Source of the DNA: Bacteroidota bacterium
Lineage (GTDB): Bacteria > Bacteroidota > Bacteroidia > Chitinophagales > Chitinophagaceae
Length of the DNA stretch: 32,000 nt
Assembly (NCBI GenBank): GCA_031384415.1
Contig: JANNAM010000001.1
Coordinates: forward strand, 30,168 to 62,167
Direction of reading: 5' to 3'
The position numbers were made by a program, and so were the translations under genes. Each line of letters begins with the position of its first letter. Position 1 is the stretch's first letter. Shown here piece after piece: positions 1 through 8,032 of this stretch. The notes beneath the pieces were generated by a model. The model was not told the origin of the DNA. It saw only the letters and a list, made by a program, of their open reading frames with translations, and did not search any database.

Positions 1-108
1 AGAAAGTTTTTTCCAGTTCATGCTGCTAAAATTAAAATAAAAATCCATGATGAAGCATTCTCCACCATGGACTATGGTCTATGTACTATTGACTTTGTGC
101 CCCCCAAC

Positions 109-639
109 TCACCACTTCATCCGCTCTCTCAGCACAGTAATATGCGCCACATGATGGCGGCTGTGCCATGCATACATACCCAGCAGATCCCAAAGCAGGA
201 ATTCCATTTTATGTTCGGGGTGATAAACCGTACGCCCCAAATCATCCTGCGATAAACTTTGCAAAACGTGGTGCCATCTTGAATGCAGCGCATGCAGCAG
301 GGTTAATGAAATATTAATGGGCAATTCTTTTACATCAATCATTTCGGCCCATTTTACTTCATCATAAGGTTTAATGGTGGGATTGTTTTCTGTTAACCCG
401 GCTTTAAAACGAATGTAGGCATTCATGTGGCTGTCGGCAACATGGTGCACCACCTGCTTCACCGTCCAGCCGCCATTGCGGTAGGGTGTGTTTAATTGTG
501 CATCATCCAAATTAAGCACTGCATTTTCCAGATGCTGCGGCAGGTTTTTTATGTCGGTGAGCCATTCTTTCAATAATTTTTTTGAAAATGGCTGCACTTC
601 ATATTTGCCGATGGGATATCTTGAGTCTGTTGTCATCAT
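109..639 (-). CDS. DinB-superfamily protein, YfiT/BstA-like putative bacillithiol S-transferase (metal-dependent)
   Basis: 176-aa ORF. It resembles Bacillus subtilis YfiT (as I recall that sequence) end to end by eye: YPIGKY, TPYRNGGWTVKQVVHHVADSHMNAYIRFK, PYDE..W, WHSRHHVAHIT. The DinB-fold His residues are present. Its ATG overlaps the stop of the upstream FKBP gene (ATGA at 636-639). Confidence 0.8.
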   Translation of the reverse strand: MMTTDSRYPIGKYEVQPFSKKLLKEWLTDIKNLPQHLENAVLNLDDAQLNTPYRNGGWTVKQVVHHVADSHMNAYIRFKAGLTENNPTIKPYDEVKWAEMIDVKELPINISLTLLHALHSRWHHVLQSLSQDDLGRTVYHPEHKMEFLLWDLLGMYAWHSRHHVAHITVLRERMKW

Positions 640-1364
640 TTAATAGCTGCTGGGTTTATACCTTCCAGAGAAATGTCAAAAACTAAAGCAGCACCTGCAG
701 GTATTGCAGGCGTTGGCGGGTTCATGCCATACGCAAGTTCGGTTGGTATATAAACCCTCCACCGGTCTCCCACCCTCATTAGTTGCAAAATTTCTGTCCA
801 GCCCCTTATTACACCATTCAAAGGAAAAGTAGCAGGGTTTCCACGTTTGTAAGAATTATCAAATTCGGTTCCGTCTATCAATGTGCCCACATAATTTACT
901 ACCACCGTATCTGACGGCGCAGGCTTAAGTACGCTGCTGTCCGGTGCTGCTTTCAATACTTCGTATTGCAAACCATTGGGCAGCGATACCACTTCTTTTC
1001 TTTTGGCATTTGCTTCCAGGTATGTCTTGCATTTTAGTTTTTCCGCTTCACTTTTTTTGCCTGCAAATTCCTGCAGCTTTGCCTGGATACTCATGTTACA
1101 CTGGTTTTCGTCCATTAATTTTTTTTCGTTTTTAAAAGAAGCATTCATACCTTTTTGCAAATAGGCAAAATTGATAGATGTTATACCCTGCTGCATCATG
1201 TTATTGGCAATGCTTACCCCAACGGCATAACTAAAACTGTCGGTAGAATTCTGGAAAGTGGGTTTGGATAAAGTTTTAACGGGGGCTTTGGCTTTGCCTT
1301 TTGTTTGAGCAACTGCATTAACAACTGTTGTAAAACAAAGTACTGCAATCAAAAATTGTTTCAT
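636..1364 (-). CDS. Secreted FKBP-type peptidyl-prolyl cis-trans isomerase (FkpA/FklB-like)
   Basis: The track ORF 636..1394 starts at a TTG. The ATG at 1364 gives a signal peptide, MKQFLIAVLCFTTVVNAVAQ. The C-terminal VVVNYVGTLIDGTEFDNSY...FPLNGVIRGWTE...VYIPTELAYG...GAALVFDISL matches the FKBP domain pattern. Confidence 0.85.
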   Translation of the reverse strand: MKQFLIAVLCFTTVVNAVAQTKGKAKAPVKTLSKPTFQNSTDSFSYAVGVSIANNMMQQGITSINFAYLQKGMNASFKNEKKLMDENQCNMSIQAKLQEFAGKKSEAEKLKCKTYLEANAKRKEVVSLPNGLQYEVLKAAPDSSVLKPAPSDTVVVNYVGTLIDGTEFDNSYKRGNPATFPLNGVIRGWTEILQLMRVGDRWRVYIPTELAYGMNPPTPAIPAGAALVFDISLEGINPAAIK

Positions 1365-1406
1365 CAATATTTTTTTAGTTAAAAGAAAGTGCAAAGAAAA
1401 GGGAAA

Positions 1407-2177
1407 TTATTCTTCCCTTATTTCTTTGCCTGTTAAATGTATAAAAACATCTTCGAGGCTGGCGGCTTTTACCTGTTTTGGCCTTTCGAACCCGGTGGCA
1501 ACTAAATCATCTATCATTTTATCGGGAGAATCCATTTTAATGATTTTTCCTTCATCCATAATAGCAATGCGGTCGCAAAGCTGCTCGGCTTCATCCATGT
1601 AATGTGTGGTGATGATTACCGTGGTGCCTTTGCTGCGGATGTCTCTTATTAAGTCCCACAAATTTCTTCTTGCCTGTGGGTCCAAACCAGTTGTTGGTTC
1701 ATCCAAAAAAATAATTTTGGGTTTGTTTACCAAAGTAGTGGCAATAGAAAAGCGTTGTTTTTGCCCGCCACTCATTTCTTTAAACTTGCTTTTTGCTTTG
1801 TCTTCCAGGTTAACCAGTTTTAAAAAATCCATGGGCTTTATCTGCTGGTTGTAAAGGCCGGCAAACAACTGCAGCAATTGAACAAGGCTTAACCCGGGGA
1901 AAAAGCCAGAGGTTTGCAATTGCACCCCAATTATTTTTTTAATGCTGCCGGGGTCTTTGTCAAGGTTGAAGCCATCAACAATTACCTGGCCGCTTGTTTT
2001 GCTCCGGAGCGTTTCTATAATTTCAAGTGTAGTGCTTTTGCCTGCACCATTGGGGCCAAGCAATCCAAAAATTTCGCCTTCATACACATCAAAAGAAATT
2101 CCTTTAACCGCTTCAAAAGAGCCGTAGTTCTTTTTTAAATCTTTTACAGAGATGATTGGTTTTGTCATTGATTTCAT
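1407..2177 (-). CDS. ABC transporter ATP-binding protein (ABC-2/DrrA-NatA type), no adjacent permease
   Basis: Walker A GPNGAGKST, signature MSGGQKQR, Walker B IIFLDEPTTGLD and H-loop TTHYM are all present. The ATG at 2175-2177 overlaps the dps TGA (2174-2176), so I prefer it to the upstream start at 2201. Confidence 0.85.
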   Translation of the reverse strand: MKSMTKPIISVKDLKKNYGSFEAVKGISFDVYEGEIFGLLGPNGAGKSTTLEIIETLRSKTSGQVIVDGFNLDKDPGSIKKIIGVQLQTSGFFPGLSLVQLLQLFAGLYNQQIKPMDFLKLVNLEDKAKSKFKEMSGGQKQRFSIATTLVNKPKIIFLDEPTTGLDPQARRNLWDLIRDIRSKGTTVIITTHYMDEAEQLCDRIAIMDEGKIIKMDSPDKMIDDLVATGFERPKQVKAASLEDVFIHLTGKEIREE

Positions 2178-2647
2178 TTTAAATATGCCGAATACATCCA
2201 AACCATTTTTTCCTGCTCCCTTATATAATCACTCATGAGTGCGTTAGTACCTTCGTCATCTGCTTTGGCAGAAATTTCCAGTATTTTTCTTTCGGTAGTT
2301 AATAAAACTTTAAAGCCATCCAGTATAAAGGCAACAGCTTTTTTACCATCACTTATGTTTTTGGTTTCTTTTATATCAGACTGTTTCAGGTAATCTGTAA
2401 AAGTATTTAGCGGCGTGTGGCCCAGCGTAAGAATTCGTTCGGCAATTTCGTCCACTTTCAGTAATGCATCGGTATAAAGTTCTTCAAACTTTACATGCAG
2501 TTCAAAAAACTTATCGCCTTTAATGTTCCAGTGATAACCCCTTGCATTCATGTAAAACAGTTGGTAATTTGCCAGTAGTGTGTTTAAGTTTGTGGCCAGA
2601 TCAGCCGACAATTTTTCATTTAATCCAATTGAATTTAATTTACTCAT
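2174..2647 (-). CDS. dps: Dps-family DNA starvation/stationary-phase protection protein (ferritin-like)
   Basis: 157-aa ORF with the Dps pattern LLANYQLFYMNARGYHWNIKGDKFFELHVKFEELY...VDEIAERI..LG. The size is typical. Confidence 0.85.
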   Translation of the reverse strand: MSKLNSIGLNEKLSADLATNLNTLLANYQLFYMNARGYHWNIKGDKFFELHVKFEELYTDALLKVDEIAERILTLGHTPLNTFTDYLKQSDIKETKNISDGKKAVAFILDGFKVLLTTERKILEISAKADDEGTNALMSDYIREQEKMVWMYSAYLK

Positions 2648-2665
2648 TGTGTGTTGATTTGTTTC

Positions 2666-3676
2666 TTATTTTTCCAGATAAGTTTCCAGCTCTTCCATCA
2701 TCAGCTTGCTGCCTACAAAAAAAGCACTTCGCTGGTGAAGTTCTGTTGGCTGCACATCTAATATCCTTTGTTTTCCATTGGTGGCTTTACCGCCGGCAAT
2801 TTCTACTATGAACCCAAAGGGATTACATTCATACAGCAGCCTTAGTTTTCCTTTTGGTTTATCCGTTGTTACGGGGTACATAAAAATACCGCCCTTGATT
2901 AAATTGCGGTGCACATCGGCCACCATGCTGCCAATATATCTTTGTGTGTAAGGCCCGCCGGTTGTTTTATCTTTTTTCTGGCAGGCAGTAATGTATTGCT
3001 TCACTGGTTCTTCATACTGAAAAAAGTTGCCATGATTTACCGAATACAATTTGCCTTTGTCGGGGCATTTTATATCGGGATGGCTCAAAGAAAATTCCCC
3101 GATGGACGGGTCAAGTGTAAAACCATTTACCCCCAGCCTTGTTGCATACACCATCATGGTTGATGAACCATAAATGATATACCCAGCCGCCACCTGTTTA
3201 TTGCCGGGTTGTAAAAAATCTGCTTCGGTGGCTGGTTTGCCCAGCTCACTCACACGCCTGTAAACACTGAAGATAGTGCCTATAGAAACATTCACATCAA
3301 TATTGCTGCTGCCATCCAGCGGATCAAAAAGGCAAACATATTTACTGCGGTTGCTTACTTCATCATCAAACACCACAATATCATCCAGCTCTTCGCTGCC
3401 AATGCCGGCGCAACTGATGCCATGCCGCAGCACACCCACAAACTGGTTATTGGCAAAAATGTCTAACTTCTTCACTTCTTCGCCCTGTATGTTCATCGTG
3501 CCGGCATCGCCCAAAATATCTACGAGGCCCGCTTTGTTTACTTCCACGTTTACTCTTTTGGCCGCAAGGCCAATGTCACGAAGCAGGCCGGCCAGTTCGC
3601 CTGTTGCCTGCGGAAAATCTCTCATTTGCTGAATGGTAAACTCATCCAATGTTTGAACCCTGCGATTGGTTGCCAT
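2666..3676 (-). CDS. fbp: Class 1 fructose-1,6-bisphosphatase
   Basis: 336 aa. FBPase class 1 motifs are present: DPLDGSSNIDVNVSIGTIFS, GYIIYGSSTMMV, RYIGSMVADVHRNL.KGGIF.YP and LRLLYECNPF.FIVE.AGG. Confidence 0.9.
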   Translation of the reverse strand: MATNRRVQTLDEFTIQQMRDFPQATGELAGLLRDIGLAAKRVNVEVNKAGLVDILGDAGTMNIQGEEVKKLDIFANNQFVGVLRHGISCAGIGSEELDDIVVFDDEVSNRSKYVCLFDPLDGSSNIDVNVSIGTIFSVYRRVSELGKPATEADFLQPGNKQVAAGYIIYGSSTMMVYATRLGVNGFTLDPSIGEFSLSHPDIKCPDKGKLYSVNHGNFFQYEEPVKQYITACQKKDKTTGGPYTQRYIGSMVADVHRNLIKGGIFMYPVTTDKPKGKLRLLYECNPFGFIVEIAGGKATNGKQRILDVQPTELHQRSAFFVGSKLMMEELETYLEK

Positions 3677-3696
3677 AAACTAATTTTAGATTTTGC

Positions 3697-3712
3697 CCCG
3701 ATAGCTATCGGG
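3697..3712. repeat. Perfect 16-bp palindrome CCCGATAGCTATCGGG in the divergent fbp/lysC intergenic region
   Basis: Read directly from the sequence; it is self-complementary over all 16 nt. It lies 21 nt from the fbp ATG and 3 nt before a TAnnTTTG box. Confidence 0.7.
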
Positions 3713-3714
3713 AG

Positions 3715-3722
3715 TAGATTTG
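3715..3722 (+). promoter_or_regulatory. Candidate Bacteroidota -7 promoter box (TAGATTTG, consensus TAnnTTTG) for lysC
   Basis: Exact match to the TAnnTTTG consensus, 80 nt upstream of the lysC ATG. This is a single-motif call only. Confidence 0.3.
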
Positions 3723-3762
3723 TATTTCAAAAGTATGAATTATTAATAACAGATGTGTCTTT

Positions 3763-3802
3763 CATTAGCGCATTATCACATTAGCATATCAGCACATTAT
3801 TA
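3763..3802 (+). repeat. Five tandem octamers (CATTAGCG CATTATCA CATTAGCA TATCAGCA CATTATTA) abutting the lysC start codon
   Basis: Strict 8-nt periodicity read directly. The last unit ends on the A of the ATG at 3802. Confidence 0.7.
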
Positions 3803-5064
3803 TGAAGGTATTCAAATTTGGCGGGGCAAGTATCAACAGTATAGAACGGATAAAAAATGTTGCTGCTATTTTACAATCTTTTAAAGGAGAAAAAATATTA
3901 GTGATTATTTCTGCCATGGGCAAAATGACCAATGCCCTTGAAAAAGTGGTGGATGCTTTTTGCGAAGGAAGAAAAGAAGATGCACTGAAATTGTTTGAGC
4001 AGGTAAAAGAACAGCATCTTACCACACTCAAATATCTTGTTGTGTTAAACTGGCAGCAGGCCGAAAACCAGTTGAAAGATTTTTTTACTGAAGTAGAATG
4101 GCTGCTGCACGACAAGCCGGTAAATGAGTACGACTATTATTACGACCAGATAGTTTGCAGTGGCGAGTTACTGAGCACTGCCATCATGAGTAACTACCTT
4201 AATGAAGCCGGTATAAAAAATAAATGGGTGGATGTGAGGGATGTTTTAAGAACGGATGATAATTTCAGGGATGCGGCCATTGACTGGAATTTTACCCAAC
4301 AAAAAATTGATGAAGACATTAAACCTTTGTTTGCAGAAACTGATATTGTAATTACGCAGGGCTTCATTGGCGCTACTGATGAAAATGAAAGCACTACATT
4401 AGGAAGGGAGGGCAGTGATTACAGCGCTGCCATTTTTGCCAACATGCTTGATGCCCAGAATCAAACCATCTGGAAAGATGTGGAAGGTGTGATGAATGCC
4501 GACCCAAAACAATTTGCAGATGCCATATTTATTCCGGCACTTAGTTTTGATGAAGTAATAGAGATGGCTTATTATGGCGCACAGGTTATTCATCCAAAAA
4601 CAATTAAACCGCTGCAAAACAAAAATATTCCGCTGCATGTGCGTTGCTTTTTAAAACCCGAACTGCCGGGCACCATCATCAGCAGTAAGGCTGTGCATCA
4701 GCTTCCGCCAATAATTGTTTTAAAAGAAAAACAAGTGCTGCTGCAACTGAGCAGTAAAGATTTTTCTTTTGTGGGAGAAAAAGGCATCAGCGATTTGTAT
4801 GAATTATTTGCCGCCATAAAAGTAAAGCCTAACCTTTCGCAAACGGGTGCCATCAGTATTTTATGCTGTTTAGATGACCATGCAGATAAGATAGAAAAAC
4901 TGGCACTGTCTGCTGCTGATTTATTTGATGTGCAGGTAAAAAAAGATTTAACGCTGCTAACCATCAGGCATTATACCAAAGAAAAATTTGATGAACTTAC
5001 AAAAGACAGAAAAATATTGCTGACCCAACGAACAACAGAAACTGTGCAGGCGTTAATGGAGTAA
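3802..5064 (+). CDS. lysC: Aspartate kinase (monofunctional)
   Basis: 420 aa. N-terminal MKVFKFGGASI, then ISAMGK.TN and GREGSDYSAAIFA. The C-terminal half fits tandem ACT-like regulatory domains. Confidence 0.9.
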   Translation: MKVFKFGGASINSIERIKNVAAILQSFKGEKILVIISAMGKMTNALEKVVDAFCEGRKEDALKLFEQVKEQHLTTLKYLVVLNWQQAENQLKDFFTEVEWLLHDKPVNEYDYYYDQIVCSGELLSTAIMSNYLNEAGIKNKWVDVRDVLRTDDNFRDAAIDWNFTQQKIDEDIKPLFAETDIVITQGFIGATDENESTTLGREGSDYSAAIFANMLDAQNQTIWKDVEGVMNADPKQFADAIFIPALSFDEVIEMAYYGAQVIHPKTIKPLQNKNIPLHVRCFLKPELPGTIISSKAVHQLPPIIVLKEKQVLLQLSSKDFSFVGEKGISDLYELFAAIKVKPNLSQTGAISILCCLDDHADKIEKLALSAADLFDVQVKKDLTLLTIRHYTKEKFDELTKDRKILLTQRTTETVQALME

Positions 5065-7014
5065 TTTAACAAACGGCTTTACTATTTTTTCTGTTCCGGC
5101 TTTAATAGTAACAAATAAAATTCCATCGGGTAATTTATCCAGTACAATAGTTACAGTATTTTTTCCGGCAAATAATTGTTGCTGCTTTGTTGCCAGTATT
5201 CTTCCGGCTTTGTCAGTAATGTTTATGGTAGCCGCAATGTTTAATTTACTTTCTGCCTGCATTGCAAGGATTTCCCTGGCAGGATTGGGGAAAATTTCAA
5301 CCGATAAATTTTTACCTTCTTCTTTTTTACTAAATCTTAATACCAAAGAATAACTTACCCCACCATCTTTGCTTATAATTTTTACCCGGTACAAAACAGT
5401 TTGGTAAGAAACAACTGCATCAACAAAATTATACTGCGTTGAATGATTATTTTGCTGCGAACTTACATCTGCAAAATTGCCGGCAGCAGTTGCTCTTTGC
5501 AAAATACATTGCCTTAGATTTTGTGCATTACTGATAATAGCGGTTAAAAATGTTTTATCATTTTGTACATAACCATTTAACGAAACCAGCATTTGCAAAG
5601 GCACAAGCGACTGGCAAATGGGAGAAGAATCCCTGGGTGTTGGAAAAGAAAAATTGAAAAGTACGTTACCTCCGTTGCCTGATGCAGCACCATTTGCACC
5701 GCCATTGCATGCTGCAGAAGAATTCATGATGATTCCACTGGCACCACCCGATTTACTTGCACTAACACCTGCCGGAAGAGATACACTTTTAAACCAGATT
5801 AATCCGCCACCACCGCCACCGCCCGGGCCTGTGCAATTTGAATTACCTGCAGAAGCTTCGGTATTGGAACCTTTGCCCCCGTTAACTTCTACTTGTAAAT
5901 TGCCTGTTATATTTATAGCATCCACTATAATAACACCACCTGCACCACCGCCACCCCCACCATCACTGTTGGAAGCATAAGGGTCTGGTGTTAAGCCAGC
6001 CCTGTAAGGCACACCGCCGTTTGCTGTAATTTTTTGGTTATTGCTTTGTAAAGTATTGCAAAGCAGGTAAACAATTCCAGCACCATGTCCGCCAGGAGTT
6101 CCCACATCATTATCCTGGTGACCGGTGCCACCGCCGCCGCCCATAAATATTTTAAAATTTGAAAGAGAATAACCAATTGAAGAAAGTGCTGAACCACCAA
6201 TACCAGGATTAGGATTTACGCAAGAGCTTCCCGTTTTACTTCCTCCACCACCACCCGAACCATAATTGCCACCACCAGCACCGCCGTGGTTACTATTATT
6301 GCCACCGCCGCCGCCATTTACCTGTTTTCCTTTTGCAAATTCTTTTCCTGAGATATAAAAAGCAATTCCCTCTCCTTTATTTCCCCCGCTTTTATAACTA
6401 TTGCCACTAGGATTTGCCAGAAAAAATTCTGTGCAATTATATACAACCGGAGGAAAATTAAAATCACTACAATCGCCGCTGTAACTATATACATTCCCGC
6501 CCCTGAACCCCGACGAATCAGCATTAATATCGGCATTCAATGTAATTGTTCCGGTTGCTTCCAATGCAATAATGCCCCCAACTCCATTTGCCGAATCCCA
6601 TGACATTGGCAGCAATGTTCCTGTAACAGTTACATCAGTATATTTTGGAAGAATAACACATTGCACTTTACCGCTTACATCATAAAAGTTATTCAGTTTT
6701 CTTTCAAACACCAATGTATCATTGAGGAAACCACAAATGGTACCTACTTCAAAATTGCCTGCATTGTTTGCTGATAATAGGTTTCCAAACGATGTTGTAT
6801 TCGTCTCATCCATCGTCGCCCCCTTCATTTGTACCAGCATTGCTTTGTTGCCTACATAAGTGCCAAAACCCGACACATCAGACAATTTAATTCTTCCGTT
6901 TGCACTATCCACCCACAATACTTTGCGGTAAATATTTACAACACCCGAAATGTTTTGTGTAAATGCCTGCTGGCAACTGAATAAGAAAATGCTGAAAATA
7001 ATTGTACGCCTCAT
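5053..7014 (-). CDS. Glycine-rich secreted protein with a T9SS (Por) type A C-terminal sorting domain
   Basis: The ATG at 7014 gives a signal peptide, MRRTIIFSIFLFSCQQAFTQ (the track start at 7038 is a TTG). The central region has repeated GGGGG(N/A/T)G blocks alternating with short hydrophobic strands (GAGIVYL, GGVIIVDA, GGLIWF). The last ~80 aa (EIFPNPA...ITDKAGRIL...LPDGILFVTIK) look like a T9SS CTD. Confidence 0.75.
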   Translation of the reverse strand: MRRTIIFSIFLFSCQQAFTQNISGVVNIYRKVLWVDSANGRIKLSDVSGFGTYVGNKAMLVQMKGATMDETNTTSFGNLLSANNAGNFEVGTICGFLNDTLVFERKLNNFYDVSGKVQCVILPKYTDVTVTGTLLPMSWDSANGVGGIIALEATGTITLNADINADSSGFRGGNVYSYSGDCSDFNFPPVVYNCTEFFLANPSGNSYKSGGNKGEGIAFYISGKEFAKGKQVNGGGGGNNSNHGGAGGGNYGSGGGGGSKTGSSCVNPNPGIGGSALSSIGYSLSNFKIFMGGGGGTGHQDNDVGTPGGHGAGIVYLLCNTLQSNNQKITANGGVPYRAGLTPDPYASNSDGGGGGGAGGVIIVDAINITGNLQVEVNGGKGSNTEASAGNSNCTGPGGGGGGGLIWFKSVSLPAGVSASKSGGASGIIMNSSAACNGGANGAASGNGGNVLFNFSFPTPRDSSPICQSLVPLQMLVSLNGYVQNDKTFLTAIISNAQNLRQCILQRATAAGNFADVSSQQNNHSTQYNFVDAVVSYQTVLYRVKIISKDGGVSYSLVLRFSKKEEGKNLSVEIFPNPAREILAMQAESKLNIAATINITDKAGRILATKQQQLFAGKNTVTIVLDKLPDGILFVTIKAGTEKIVKPFVKLLH

Positions 7015-7109
7015 AATTAGTAAGTAATGGGGTTGCAATACGGCAGGGGTTTAAAAGGGAAAGGAAAATAAACTTACTAATCCGGGGTAAACATACGGGA
7101 TACGCTGTA

Positions 7110-7877
7110 TCAGTTAACTACATACTGCCCTTTTTTATTTACCATAATTACAGGCAATTGTTTTTTCTCTTCAAAATAATCAAATGCTTCTTTTAGTTTA
7201 AATGCAAACTGGTGAAGGTTTACATTTTGTCTGGAAGCATCTTCAAGGTAATCCATTGATTTTTTTACATTGTACCTTACAGGGTAAACATGCACCGGAA
7301 TAAAATCCTGACCGCTGGCTTTTGCATAAGTGGCTATTACATACACTTCTTCAACAGGCACATCATCTATGGGGATGCAGCCTGTGGAAACACAGTTGCC
7401 ATGAATGTAAATGGCGTTGCCGGGCCTGGTGCTGTCGCTTAAAATTTTGTCGGAAGCATTGGGATAGTTTAAACCAAGCGATAAATGGTAATTGCTGTTG
7501 GGATTAAATTCATTGATGTAATAAAACCCTTCCGGCACCTGAAAATCGCCTTCAATTCTTTTGGGACCCACAGTGCCGCTTTGCATGCAAACCTTGTAGG
7601 TTTTAAATAGTTTGTAGGGTTCTTTAGCGCTTCCTTTTACCCACACTTCCAGTTGCCTGTCTAATTTAAAAGAACGGATGTACATGGATTGAGGCGGCCA
7701 GGTAAGTTTTTTTGCTTCAAACTGTTTTTTTACTGAATCTTCCATGCGGCCAAAAACATCCGAAATTTTCATAGACGATTTCTGGTAATCAACAAAAGAA
7801 GTTTGGGAAAATGAGCTGCCTGCTGCAATAATTGCAAATAATATTATAAGACAGTATTTAAGAAACAAACGCTTCAT
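7110..7877 (-). CDS. L,D-transpeptidase family protein (YkuD/YafK-like), secreted
   Basis: Signal peptide MKRLFLKYCLIILFAIIAAGSSFSQ. The catalytic motif IYIHGNCVSTGCIPI fits HG...S.GC, and an upstream GDFQVPEGFY pattern is present. Confidence 0.75.
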   Translation of the reverse strand: MKRLFLKYCLIILFAIIAAGSSFSQTSFVDYQKSSMKISDVFGRMEDSVKKQFEAKKLTWPPQSMYIRSFKLDRQLEVWVKGSAKEPYKLFKTYKVCMQSGTVGPKRIEGDFQVPEGFYYINEFNPNSNYHLSLGLNYPNASDKILSDSTRPGNAIYIHGNCVSTGCIPIDDVPVEEVYVIATYAKASGQDFIPVHVYPVRYNVKKSMDYLEDASRQNVNLHQFAFKLKEAFDYFEEKKQLPVIMVNKKGQYVVN

Positions 7878-8032
7878 AAAAAATAATCAACAACAGTGTA
7901 AAATAAAAATTGGGGGTTACAGCTACAGAAACGTGAAAATAGCAATTTTATTGAAACCGGAGCCAATTATAACACAATTATGTGGAAAAGTTGAAAACTC
8001 CGGGCTATGGAATGATTAAAAAAATCATGTGT

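Noticed and set aside
1-20. Possible start of a minus-strand gene (ATG at 18-20, reading MNWKKLS into the left edge)
   Set aside because: Only 7 codons are visible, so coding status and product cannot be supported.
67-255. 62-aa plus-strand ORF (and similar ones at 944-1164, 1606-2138, 2542-3632, 3789-4964 on the strand opposite known genes)
   Set aside because: They lie entirely within confidently assigned genes on the opposite strand and show no motifs. They are treated as shadow ORFs.
3677-3801. Lysine (L-box) riboswitch or attenuator upstream of lysC
   Set aside because: The whole intergenic region is 125 nt and is shared with the divergent fbp promoter. That is too short for an L-box (~180 nt), and I see none of its conserved helices. 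Only the palindrome and octamer repeat are reported.
5618-5980. 120-aa plus-strand ORF with PPPPPPPGP/PPAPPPPPP runs
   Set aside because: It is the antisense shadow of the glycine-rich gene (GGN codons read as NCC). It has no independent start context or recognisable domain.
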